Source: Bilabrum cf. latius
Lineage: Eukaryota
Assembly: GCA_965178125.1 (NCBI GenBank)
Contig: OZ237738.1
Coordinates: 1,178,001-1,242,000, forward strand
Reading direction: 5' to 3'
Length of the DNA: 64,000 nt
Positions 1 through 12,618 of this stretch are shown here, in pieces; position 1 is the stretch's first letter, and each line of letters begins with the position of its first letter. The notes below the pieces were generated by a model. The model was not told the DNA's origin. It did not search any database and saw nothing but the letters and a program-made list of their open reading frames with translations. A program made the position numbers and the translations under genes.

Positions 1-3000
1 CCCATCTACAAAGAGGATTTCGAGGAGATCGAGCGCCTCAAAGAAGAGGCCAAAGACCGCCAGTTCGAGGAGAGCAATCCAGAGTTCGTGGCGAACTTTC
101 TCTCGGACCAGAAGAAGAGGGAAGAGACGCGGAAGAAACGAGCAGACGACGCAGAGCGGCTCAAGAAGCAGGGAACAGAGGCCTACAAGGAGGGACGGCT
201 GGACCACGCCATGGGCTGCTGGCTCGAGTCGGTGCGGCTGGTGCCTTTCCAGGAGCAGGTGCTAACCAACGTCGCACAGCTTTGCATCCGCATGGGCAAA
301 CCGGAGGAAGCCCTTGAGTTCGCCCGGCGCGCCATCTTCATCGCTCCGGGCAATCCCAAGGCCCTCTTCCGCCGCGCCACTGCCCGACGCGTACTCAAGG
401 ACGTGCATGGGTGGGCCGCGGACATGAAGCGCGCTGCGGAGCGCGCTCCAAAGGACCTTAAGCTGTCCTCGCAGGCCCAACAGGCTGCTGAGTTATCGGC
501 ACAGCTGCGCAGAGCCGAAATCCTCGACCATCTAGTGGCTGGCACCTCACTTGGCAAGACTGCTAGATCAGGATCTGGATCGGGATCGGGCAGCGGCGTC
601 GCAACGGGTGGGGGCTCTGGTGGTCTGAGCCCTGCAGTTGTGGAGCTGCTGCGCGAAACGAGCGAGGCAATCCACGGCTTGCCCGGCTTTGTGGTAGGGA
701 GGGGGGATGAACAGCCGGGCGACACGACATAGGATGCTGCGACCGGGGCCACGCCATCCGGATCGGTGGCACCCTCTGGCGGCAGCAGCCGCAGTCCTGC
801 CCGTGGGTCTGCAACAGCAGCTGCGCAGCTCCAGAAGCTAGTCAACTGCGTGCTCTCTGCAAGCATGCAAAGCCAGCAGAGCACAGGAGGTGCGGCACCT
901 TCGGCAAGCACGGAAGACTCTCCACGCGTGCTGGTGCGAGCACTTTTGCTGCGGACCGGTGCCCTTACTTTCATCGCGAGAGGCCTGGTACGACTGCTTG
1001 AGTCAAGCGCGGGCCAGCCAGGCACGGCGAGCGCGCAATCACGGGAAGCTGTGCGCGAGCTGGACCTGCCTGGTCTCGCGCTGTCCTCCACTGGAGCCAC
1101 CAAGTCTGCCTTCAACCTGCTGACAGCATCCGTCTCTGGCACCGCCAGCTCCTGCAGGGAACTATTGCAGAACCAGGGAGTACTAGGCGCATGCGTGCTT
1201 TTCCTCACTCACCTGAGCGGGCTGAAGTCGCCCTCGGAGTCCTGCACCGCAGCGGATATTGCGGCCAGGGGGATCGCGAGCGGGAAGTCCCCCGCTGGCC
1301 CGGGAGTCGAGGGACTGGTGAAGAAGAAGGACTCGGTCAGGTGGGCTGTCGCTCGCCATGCCCTCCGATTCCTGCGGACCGCGTGCGGGGCAGAGTCGCC
1401 GGAGCAGGACGCGTCTGCCATGCTGTGCCTTTCGGAGGTGCTAGTCGGCTCGCAAGTCCTGGAGGCAAGCACTGCATCAGAAAAGGTAGCCGCATCGAAA
1501 CCAAGGCCGAGCGTCTTCGCGCCGCTGGAAGAGCGCGTGAAAGGTAGTGGGCCATCGGCTGGAAGCGCTGCTGCTTCTGCAGCCTCACGGAAAGACTCTG
1601 AAAGTGAGGGTGGTGAGCTAGGCCCCCGTGTGCGGCATGGGGGGTTGCTAGCACCTGCAGCTGCGCGGTAGTTGTCCAAGGCAGCAGGACGTGGCAAGAC
1701 TGCTATCGCGCCTCAAATCGGCATCGCAAAGGTCATCTCGGCAGCAGCGGGTGCGTTTGGCCCGGGGCCGATTGACATTGCGCTCATGACACGATAGATG
1801 GTACAAGGAACTCGCGGGGGGGTGGACAAAGGCAGCGTAGATGGCTCGCTGGGGGCAGAAATGCAAAGGCACGGACAGGTGGTGCTGGGCGGTATGGAGG
1901 CATTGGAGCACGCTTGCGAGCTACTATCGGCGGCATGCACGCCTCGTGTTCGCAGGGCTCTCCCGGCCCCCGTCCGTCAAGCCATGGATGCATCCGGATT
2001 CGCTGACGTGGTGCCACCCGTGAGAGCGGATGCAGCACCAGCGAGCGGTGCCGCTGCCTCCTCGTCCTCCCCTGGGTCTGGGTCAAGCAGCACGGCGATG
2101 GTCCCTGCAGGCGCATCCTCGTCCGCATCGATTGCCTCAAGCACGGCTGAAGGGCATGGGCTCGTGCCGGTGCCGACTCCCGCTGCTGGAGTGCAGGTTG
2201 TGCTGGCAGTCTGCAGGGGTGTCAATGCCATCCTGGGTAGGTACGCCCACGACGGCGTCTCTCTTACTTCGGATGCTATGGAGAGTGCGCTGCACCTAGC
2301 CATGGAGCTTGCGCGGATGGAGGGCACGCGGCCCGCCTTTGCGACCGCTCTGCCTTCCGCTACCATGGGCGGGCAGGACGAGGCGGTCGAACTCCCTGCG
2401 GCTGTGACACTCTGGAACCTGGCCACTTTCACGGACCTCCCAGGGCAGGGCCCTAAGGAATCCAGTTCCTCTGCTTCTGATGCGTAGTCCCAGACTGCAG
2501 GTCGGAACAGGGTACAGGCCACCGCATTGCAGATCATATCGAACGCGTGTCACGGCGTGCATGGCGCACAGCTTGTGGTTTCGCTTGCAGATCAGTCCAA
2601 GGTCCCCGATGCCCTCCCCACGCTCCTTCGGCTCGCTGTCCATGGCACGCTCAAGGGAGCATCGCCAGCAGCAGCACCCACCAAGTCGGGCGGGAGACCT
2701 GACCTCTCGATTCCGTCCAGTGGAATTGCCAGCATGGACAGCAAGGCTACGCAGCACGTGTCGTGGCTGCTCACCGGTACGGCGCCCGATGACGCACCCA
2801 AGCGATCGGCTGCGGATCGCAGCGCCGCCTTGCTCGCCATGGGATTCCGATAGACTGCTTGTGGTGTAGTGTCTAGACTGGCACCCGCTCTCTAGCGATC
2901 TGATTTGCAGACTGCAGGCACGATGCAGACGTGCCTGCAGGCTATCGATTGGCACGCAAAGGCGCTCGCGCGAGCTCTTCGCATCGGAAAGGCCGGCGAG

Positions 3001-3501
3001 GCCACGCCAAAGGCCACGCATGCGGTAGCCGACAAGCTCTGGGGCATCATGTCTGCGTTTGCCAAGACCCTTGGGCACGCTACGTCCGACGCCGCTGGTA
3101 GATCTGTGCTGGTTGCGAAGGCTGGATCTCCCATCATCGGCAGGGCGGTTTCGGTTGCGTCCAGGTGGATGGTGGCCAGCACGCAGCCAGCCGAGGTTCT
3201 GAAGCGGGATGGTGGCCGGCCCGTACACTCGCTGGTCCTGTCCAGCGGGAACCTGGTCAAAGTCGTCATCAACCTGACCCAGGCCGACGTGGATGCTGCG
3301 GAATGTGCTGGCTTGCTCGCGCAGCACGCGGTGGATCGGATCTTGGACCTGGTCAAGTACGCTGGGCCGGGACAGGTCAGAAACAACGGCGCGATTGCCC
3401 TCGCCCGGATGGCCGCACGGCATGCGCCCAGTAAAGCGAGGTTGAAGGAGCTGGGAGGGACCAAGGTGCTCTTGCAGCTTCAGAGGGAGCTGCCCAAGTG
3501 A
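1..3501 (+). CDS. TTC12: TPR + armadillo-repeat protein, TTC12-like (5'-truncated by window edge)
   Basis: One frame is open from base 1 to TGA 3499-3501 when six in-frame TAGs (730, 1669, 1795, 2485, 2851, 2893) are read through. N-terminal TPRs (AERLKKQGTEAYKEG...KALFRRATAR); C-terminal ARM-like end RNNGAIALARMA...RLKELGG resembles TTC12. Confidence 0.7.
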
Positions 3502-3636
3502 GCGGTGAGGCTGGCCATGAGATGACGACTAAAAATCCGATTTGGACAAGGATCCTCTAAAGACGCATGGGTTCGCAAAAGAATTTCAAGAAAGCCAAGC
3601 CCAGATTAATACATCTGGTTCAAAGAGAGGTTTGCG

Positions 3637-5702
3637 TCACCCCAGCTTCTTGCTGAGAGCGTACGCCGGGTACAAGATGTTGGGGAAGCGCTTGCTGACG
3701 ATGACGAACTCGTCGAACGTGATGACACCGTTGCCGTCCTTGTCGGCCTGTTTCATGATCACGTCCGCCTTGCGGCGCACCTCGTCCGTGCTGGAAGCAA
3801 GGTGGTTTGCCTGTAGGATCCGCATGAGCTCGTCCTTGCTGATCGAGTCGCTCCCGTCCTCGTCGTACACAGAGAAGGCGAACTTGAGCTTCTCCTCCTT
3901 GCCCGCCCCCGTGAAGTTCGAAAGCCCGATCATAAATTCCTTGACGTCGATGTGGCCCGACCTGTCCTTGTCGAAGAGCTGGAAGAGTTTCTCCACCGCA
4001 GGGCTGGGGTCCACCCCCAGGATCTGGCAGAACTCGCCGTACTCGATGAGCCCGCTACCGTCCGTGTCATTCTCTTGGAACCTGCGGTACGCCGCCCGGA
4101 TGGATTCGGGCTTGATCCCGTACTGCTTCGCGAATTCGTCCAGCGCGGCGCTTCGCATGGTCCTGTCCTGGATGCTAGAGGCACCTGGCGCGCCCGGCTT
4201 GAGCTAGCCTGCAGTGGGCGCGGCTCGCCCACCAGACCCAGCACCGCTGGCGGCGCCCCCGCCTGGGCCCTGCCACAGGCCGGGCGGTGGAGCCGCTCCG
4301 CCTGTGACCATGGCGTAGAACTCGTCAAAGGACACCTGCCCGTCTCCGTCTTTGTCGATCATGCGGATCATCTCGTCCACCTCCTCGTCGGTGACACTCT
4401 CGCCAATGTTCACCAGCACGTGCCTGATTTCCGCCGCCCCGACGAAGTTGTTGTGGTCCAGGTCGAAGCTCATGAAGGCCTCCTTGATCTCTGCGTCGTT
4501 GAATTTCCCGTTGGGGTCCCTGGTCTGCTCCCCGCCGGCAGGGGCGCCCGCCCTCTGCACCCCTGCCGCCCTCTGTGCCGCCGCGCTCTTCTCGAACACA
4601 GCCGCGATCGTGAGCTTGCCCGCGGCCTGGCGCGTGGGATCCAGCAGGTCGATGTCTCCCGAGAATGTCCCGCTGTCTACCCAGCCTAGGTACCCCTGCC
4701 TCGCCGTGCAGGCCCGGATGTCCTGCCCCGAGGCCTGCTTGAACCAGATCTCAAAGTCCACTTCCCGAGGCACCCCGGCCCCGATGTCGAACTGAAACTC
4801 CGAAGCGAACTTGGGGTTCTTGCCGCCGTTTGCCACGGGCTGGGTCTGGTGCTCCTGGGGGCCAATCCGCACCTTACAATAGGGATCCCGGCCGCTCCCA
4901 TTGGTGGGCTCTGGCAAGCCGCGGGCAGACACTACCGACACGCGCAGCTTGCCGAACGCACCTCCGGGAGGTCCCCCACCAGGCATGGGTGCTCTCAGGG
5001 GCATGCCCCTCGGGGGCAATCCCCTGGGCGGTCCCCTCGGTGGGGGCCTGCCCCCTCCGAACCCGGGGCCACCGAGGAGGCCCCTGGGGGGCCCGATCGG
5101 TGGTAGCGAGGAGGGCGGACCGCCGGGGCGGCCACCTCGCATGGGCGGCAGCCCTCGTGCGCCCATCCTAGGAGGTCCCCCTCTCGGGGGCATTCCCCTG
5201 GGAGGGAGACCCCCTCTTGGGGGCATACCTCGAGGTGGGCCACCGCGCGGTGGCATGCCTCTCGGGGGCATTCCCCTCGGCGGCGGTCGTCCGAATCCTC
5301 CAGGAGCTACGATTCGAGGGAAATAAGCAATGCAGAGCATATCTCGAAGAGGAAAGAGTGGAGCATCGCGAAAACATCTCAAGGCGACAGTGCAACACTG
5401 AGAACTGCACTTTGGGCTCACCTCCCATCCCTCCTCTCGGCGGCATTCCTCTCGGCGGCATCCCGCGCGGAGGCAGACCTCTAGGGGGCATCCCTCGCGG
5501 GAGGCCACGCGGAGGTCCTCCGCGAGGAGGTCCAAAGTTGCCGGGCCCTCTTGGAGGTGGCCCGCGCGGCGCTGCAACACAGATATAAGATGCAAAGCGG
5601 TCTTATTGGCAATCTTGTCTGCTCTTATCAAACGTAAATAGAATGCTATTCGATATTACACTATGGACAACATCTCGATTCCCGAGGAGGCTTACCTGCC
5701 AT
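3637..5702 (-). CDS. Proline-rich (PPRG repeats) - C2 domain - multiple EF-hand calcium-binding protein
   Basis: ATG at 5702; predicted GT-AG introns 5695-5572 and 5421-5307. C2 motif ([11 protein letters not shown]...DPYCKV), an EF-hand pair ([18 protein letters not shown]), in-frame TAG 4206-4204, then four EF-hands ([36 protein letters not shown]) to TGA 3637. Confidence 0.85.
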
Positions 5703-5971
5703 GGCTACCTTGCCAACGCTCAAGCGATGCAGACGGAGCTTTCGGGCCCGCCAAGTTGGATGTTCGAAGCCTTGGCGGGCTTTAGGCGGAAATTTACACC
5801 TTGATAGTAAATATGTGCGATATTTCTTCCTTTCTAAGGGTGATTCGCTCCAGGTTGCTTGTGTTTAACGGACGATCGAGTCCGTCGCAACCTTCCCAAC
5901 CCCACTCATCACGATCGAAGCTCCGAGCCGTTCATTCACAGCAATTATTGTGGGAGCAATGCAGCCCATGA

Positions 5972-8188
5972 ATGAAGATATCGTCTAATATTATTATATG
6001 TTATCACTCAAGTCACCAGCCACGGTCGAGGCCGCTTCTATCCTCATATCTGAGTTCCTATGCAGTTTGCAGTTTGCCCGCGGCAACACCCAAAGGTAGG
6101 AGATTTCACGACAACAGAACCACTCCGAGCCCGAGTCTTGCTTCATGTACTAGAATTCTTCAAGGAACTCGATCTGCACGCAGTCCAATCCACCCACTGA
6201 TTGAGCACGAAGCAGTTGCACTTCGGTACAACTTGGAACATCCGCCGCCTGTCGTTGGACGAAAACAGATTCCTAGGTGTACTACGGGGGCTAGAAAAGC
6301 TGTGAAGGCCGTGCAGTAGATGCATGCCTTGATGTCTACAATTGGGCTGTCAGTAGCCTCATGCCTCTCAAAAGTGGGACCGGCCGGCTTGACGATTGCC
6401 GTGCTGTTCGGGCCTTCCCCAGAGGCTGCAACGGAGTGCCACATGCTGCGAATCAGTGGTGCACTCCACGAGTCGTGTAATAGCGCACCACGTGTGCTAT
6501 TAAGGTCCAGCGCGCTCCTGCTACGAACAGCTGGGCTTGCGCCACTGGCAGATACAGGCAAGTCTGGTGCAAGCTGCGCAAGCGGAGCCAGGCAGGGCTG
6601 GTCAACGCCGGCAAGAGCAAGAACTGATCCGCCAAAAGAAGCAGTGACAGTCGCTTCTCGAAGAGCTGGCAGCTCTCCTATGTCGGTTGACTCCGAAGCC
6701 AGAGAGGCGCCGAGGAGTGGCATGTACAAGGCCATGGCAGAGGGGGGTGACCATGACGGGTTGTCACACGGAGATGACGAAATTGTTGCGTCGTGGCGAG
6801 CGTGGTTGCCAAAGTCAATGGCAAGCAACCCCCGCAAGTTTGCTGTGGCTCTGAGGCGGAAAATTGCCGCAGGGATACAGCAAGGTGTGCTGTGGTATGG
6901 CAAGAAAGTGCCAAAGGTGAAGCTGCAGACGAGTCGCCGCGGCACAGGCACACTGGACGGCATGCCGTTGCAGAAGTAGAAGAAGCAGCAGAAGCGGCGA
7001 CTTCCAAGGGTGGGCTGGGGCATGCGAGCTCGAAGAGACACTTCCCAGGTGTCGATGCAAGCAGTTGAGTTGATGCAAGGGAGCAATGCAGGCGAAGCAC
7101 CACGAGGCCGAACTAGCGATGCGATTCCCTCGGATTCATAGGATTCGGATCACGCAGACCGAGTTCCCACGACGGTTTTAAGGAGAGCTGGGACAGGATT
7201 CCGCGGATCCATTGCTTTGCCTGCCGTCCGTGCAACCAGGGGCAGCACCCATGCGCTTGAGACGGATGGCATGTACGACTAGCTACAGCGCGCTGGACCT
7301 AGGGGCCTGGGCGGGTGCACGGTGCTCATCGGTGTGCAGCCTGCAGTGCACGAAGATGCGGACAGGAGCATGGCTGCCTTGAGTGATTCGCTCCTCGCGT
7401 GCAAGTAGGACGTGCGGCGGTCAGCAGGTACTGCGCAAGGGAGGCCCGGGTGGGTTGCAGCTGGTGAATGTAGTCCTCTTCGTAGTCTTGGCACAGGCGC
7501 TGCAGGGAGGGGCCGGGGAAGAAGTAGCCGCGGATGCGTGCGCAAATGGCACGGTACTGCAGTGCAGAAGGGGCGATCAACGGGCAAGAAGGCCTGGAAG
7601 CGATTGCGGGGGCATGTGACGAGTGATGCGCCAGTACCACAGAGCGGGGGGTCCTTTGGGATGGGCCGCCGGATATTGGCAAGCGCAGCGACAGGTCGGC
7701 CCGATGGGGCATGTGGTGTGGCGAGTGCGGTAGGCTTGACGAGCGTAGATGCGCCTCGATTGTCATCCCATCACCATGTAAGGCGGTGTGAGGGGCATGG
7801 AGAAGGCGGCACCGTGAGGGGCCATGGTGGAGGTGCAGCAGGGGAGGTGCAGCAGTCGGGGGCTGTCAGCGGACCGGTGCCGAATGGTGGCGAATGGTGG
7901 TAGCACTTGCCGTGCGGGAGGCGGATCGCGCGTGCAAGCATGCTGCATGTTACCATGGGCCTGGATGTGAAAGGAGCAAGCGGTAGGGCTGGCGGTGGTG
8001 AGTGTCCAGCTGAGCCAGGTCTACCAGGTGGCTAGGACACTGCACTGGCAGATGCTGCCCGGCAGGTGCCTCCCCTCGTGTGGGCCGAGTTGATGCCCAG
8101 GGTGGATGGGTTCCGGCTAACCAAGCGCGATGTCATTGCGCTTGAATCTGCGCTTCGAGGGTTGCAGTAGCGAGCCAAAGAGACTTGA
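5972..8188 (+). CDS. Hypothetical protein (start uncertain), visible only under TAG read-through
   Basis: ORFs 5972-6319, 6320-6979 and 7412-7903 share one frame, interrupted only by about 8 TAGs, ending TGA 8186-8188. Confidence 0.6.
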
Positions 8189-8393
8189 TTGGTTGGCCCA
8201 CCAGTGGACTGCATAGGTTGCAACCGCTGCTGACCCGAGTTTCGCGGAATTCTGTGCTGCACTTCGCGCGACGTCGAGAGACATACTTGTCCTCACAGAT
8301 GCTAACTTTCATTTGATCCTTTGATAGCTGATTCGTTCTGCGGCCTCTCTTGAGAGGCTGTGACTGGCCCCTCGTACCAGATTCCCAACAGCT

Positions 8394-11300
8394 ATGCGCA
8401 TCGCTTTGTGTCTTCCGACCACGAGGCGAACCAAGTTCTCCGAGTCCAATGCAGTCAACGAGCTCCTGTTTGACATCAGCTTCACTGTATCAGTCGCAAG
8501 TGCTCGGCTGGCCTTGGAGACATACTTTGCTTCGTGCGGGGACGCGACGGAATGCAGGTTTGGAGATCGCGTTGGAACTGTTGTGACCACGCTCACAGCC
8601 CTGTATGCTGTGGCCCATGCATTGTTGGTGTACTCGAACCGCTTGCAAACCGAAGAGCTGGGTCACAACGTCTTGCTGTACCTGCTCATGGCTGGCAACG
8701 TCCTGTTTGGAGCGAACGCATTGCTCTGCTCCCCGGCACCGACAAAGATTGCCATGACCGATGATTCCAGTGGAGAAAGTATGGCATCTACTAGCTCCGT
8801 GCAGAACTGCCAGGCTCTTCTGGACCCCGAGTTCGAGTCCTCGACGTTCTACTGGGGGTACGCGGCCGCTGTGGCGGCGCAGTGCTTCGTGGTGACAGGC
8901 ATGTTTCTGCGAGTGTGCTCCTTGCCGAAAGCGAGAGCGTGGGCATCCCACTACATCGTCGCATACGGCATAGCTGGCTTGCTGTGGACGGTAATGGCAA
9001 CCGTGGAGAATAGCACGGTTCGCCTGGTGACTGCGTGGGCATGGCCGGTGCTGTACGCTGGGCTGACGGTCCTGTCTACAAGGCCGGAAGTGGTCGTTCC
9101 GTCTCCGCTGCCTCGGCACCTTGCCGTGCGCAGCCGCAAGTTCTTCCTGGTGATGATGACACAGGTCCTGCAGGCCATGGTGTAGCCGACCCTTCGGTAT
9201 GACGGCAGCGCCTATTCGCTTGCAGCGTGGGTGCTCGTGCTGCTCTTCGCCTTCAAGCTTCTCGTGTTCGACTTCGACAACGGGCACAGGGCCACTGGAT
9301 TCACCGAGCCGATATGGGTCGCAGAGGTGCTGTGGACTTTGTGCGGCTGGCTGCTGGCCATCGGCCTCACCGTGCTGGGCGCCACAGTCACTGCATCGCT
9401 GCGAGATGTCTCGCCGCACGATGAGTATCCACCTCTGGCCGAGCCCATGCGCATGCAGCTCCGCTGGACCATGGCAGCTGCAGTGACGCTGTGTCTGCTG
9501 AGCACGTGCGGCATGCAGCTGGCGCTGAAGGGGTCGGGCAAGCACGTGAGGCGCCTTGGCAAGACCATGCGGCTGATCGTCCGTGCATGCACTGCTCTGT
9601 TGTGCATGGCAAGTCCGCTGGCAATGCGCGGCGTGAGTATGGTGGGACAAGTGGCTGTTTTGGCAATGCTGGTGGTTCTGCAGGTGGGCATTGACATGTG
9701 GGCGCGGACAAGAGTGTCCACACTGAAAGGGAGGAGAGGAGCCAGTGTGAGCCGGGGACGGTGCAGCAGCTCGCACACTGGCAAGGATGGCAATCCCCTG
9801 GTCGTGCATCCACCAACAGAGCTATGCGGCTGCTGCCTGGATGAGGCTGAGGAGGGCATCGATGAAGGCTCGAGCGCATGGTGCTGCGGCATGGACACCG
9901 TTGGCTTGTGGATTGCATGGTGTTGCTGCAGCCCGAGTCCACACGTAGTTGTAGCACGCGATGAAGAGTCTCTGCTCGGTGACACAGGACTGAAGCGGAG
10001 AAACGGGAGTTCGTACGGCACTGCCTTGGCTGTGGATGACGCTGACGCAGGCAGCAGGAAACGGCCGCCTGTTTCGACCAGCAGAGCAGCTGCCGATGGA
10101 GGCTACACGGCGCTGCCAGATCATGCTTCAAGCGCGGAGTCAGTGCGGCGCATGGTGCTGTGCTGCGGGCACGAGGCCGGGTGTTTGTCATCCATGGCAG
10201 TGTGCTGGGACGCGTGCGACGCCTGGTACGCGGGTGCCATCGGTGCCGAGGGGGATGGAGACGGGACATCCGATAGACAGGACTATGCCATGGATAGGAG
10301 GAAAAGGTCTACTTCTGGCCGCAGGAGGGCCAGCAGTAGGGAGATGAGAGCCGCTGCCAAGAAGTACCGACGGTTCCGGCAGGCTGTGAGGCGGTTTGTG
10401 GTGGGAGCCGTGGCGATGCGCCTTGACAGCGTGCTCAACCGCAGCAAGCAGCCTAACGGCAGCACGGGTGTATCAAACGGTCTAGTGGCACCCGATCCGA
10501 CGTCGCGCCGACAGCAGAACGGGATGTAGCACCATCGGCACGGCACGATAGGAGAAGGCAAGCAGTCGCTGGGCTCCAATGCGTCGCTGACCTCGCTGGA
10601 TTCCGTCCGTGGTTCTATGGGCGGCACACTCAGCGACGGTCCGATGCCAGGGCGGGATGCGTTGGGGCCAGACGGGGCAGTCCGAGGTGTTGCATCGCAG
10701 TCGAGGTATGTTGATGAGTCGATTGGCGTGGCGGTGACTCGAGTGGCGTATGATTCGGGCATCGATGACGGTGCTGACGTCCATCGCGACACGGGTGCTG
10801 GCTCTGATCATCGGCTGTCGTTGCGCCGCAGTGCAGTGGAGGCACGACTGAGGGCGAGGGGCTCTGCGTCAGGCAGACTCCGGATCCCAGTGTCAGGAGG
10901 TAGCCCGCGGGGCTCGGGGCGTGGCACTCGCTCGTGGTCACAGCGCATGCAGCCTCCTGCTCGCATCCCAGAAGACGGGCCACTCCTGCTCGCCGACCAT
11001 GAGCCGACGCCTGGGACGGGCGGTAGTGTGGATCCGAGGTCACTGGTGGGTGTGCCGGTGCCTGTGTCTCGGGCGGGCATGCTCGAGCCAGAAGGTGTAC
11101 CGGGTGCTGGTGACACTGCTGCCGCGGAGGACGGCTGGGGCTCGATGCGCTCGTTCGGTTCACCGGGCTGGGGAGCAGAGCGACTGGGCTCACGCGGTGT
11201 GACGAGTGGTGCATCCAGACCAGGGACTGGGACTGACGTGGGGGCAATCGGTGGTGCTGCAGCTGGCCCAGTGGTCCCACGTGTGACGAGGGCTCGACGC

Positions 11301-11984
11301 AGCGCCAGCAATGCCGTGCCATGGTCTGCAGGCAGGGGCCAGGGCCGGGAGTCTGCCGCGAGGAGAGCGGGAGTAGCAAGCGGCAGCGGCGCCGATTCGT
11401 TGGGTCTGCCACACTCCAGGTCGCTCGCAGATCGGCGCCGCCGCAGCCTCCGGGTGACTCGATCATCGAGAGGTATCGGCTCGGGTGCATTGCACGCTGG
11501 TGCCTCCACAGCCGCTGGAGGTAGCACGCTGCTAGGACCCGGGGCGCGGGTTAGACTCCGAGGTCGAAGGAACAGCGTGTCTGGAGTGGGTGGCGGGCTT
11601 ATGCACGGCAATCGTCCGGAGAGCGGAAGGCTCCTGAGACGGGAGGCAGGTGTGGATATGGCGACCGTGGCCGACGTGCGGATTCGCATGGCCTTTGCAG
11701 CTATCGCAGGGGAAGCATCGTCGGACGGCAGTGTGCGTGATGGTGCGTCCAGCGGCGTATATAGGGGTGAAGGTGGCCAGGATGCTGGCAGGAGGTCCAT
11801 TGGGAGCGGTGATACGGAGCCGGGGGAAGAAGGTGGGGCTGGTGGTCTGGCGGCTGCAGCGGAGGCATGGGGCTTCCCGTTCGGGTTGCCCACGCCTGCC
11901 CCGGCTGCCGGTAGTCGCACTTCAGGCAATGGTCCTGGTGGAGACGCGATGTCGCAGTCCTCCAATACGCTTTTCTTTGAATGA
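8394..11984 (+). CDS. LtrA-like multi-pass membrane protein with long disordered C-terminus, copy 1 (start uncertain)
   Basis: ORFs 8394-9185, 9231-10529 and 10617-11984 are in one frame joined by TAG, ending TGA. Motifs ELLFDISF, YSNRLQTE, HLAVRSRKF, FKLLVFD recall LtrA family (ELFFDLVF, Y.NRFDTD, HL.ERFGLF); many hydrophobic segments. Confidence 0.65.
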
Positions 11985-12618
11985 ATCAAGTACAAGATCT
12001 GCATGTGCTTATCGTATACGATTTCAAAATACCCATCTCTTTGACGTCTCTTGCAAGGGTGTCCCGTCACTAAACTGTGGGTTAGCCGATGGCACGGTGG
12101 CTTTTCTGAGCCGCTTGCTGTGAATCCCGCCCTCAACGAGGCACGGCAGCTCAGCAGTCGAATCATATGTATAATTGTTCGTATTTGATATGAGTTTCCG
12201 TTGGCAGCGCACCAAAGACATTCAAGAATACACGTTGTCCGTTGAATTACTTGCTGATGCACCAACGGTCACATTGCCACATAAATAAACTTCATTACCG
12301 CACCATGCCTCGGCAAAGGATTTGTTAACATATATTAATGCATCGAGGTTGTGGTATAGGCCATTTCTGGTAGTTCTGAGACCGCCACGTGGCCTCAGAG
12401 GAGGCTCGCAGGCCTAAAGTTTCCGAAAGAGTCTTCGGGTGGAACTGTTTAGGCCTAACCCGAGTTTCGCGGAATTCTGTGCTGCACTTCGCGCGACATC
12501 GAGAGACATACTTGTCCTCACAGATGCTAACTTTCAGTTGATCCTTTGATAGCTGATTCGTTCTGCGGCCTCTCTTGAGAGGCTGTGACTGGCCCCTCGT
12601 ACCAGATTCTCAACAGCT

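Noticed and set aside
6230-6460. Weak resemblance of the 5972-8188 protein to p31comet/HORMA motifs (VLFGPSP...E.H.L)
   Set aside because: Too short and divergent to support by eye; left as hypothetical.
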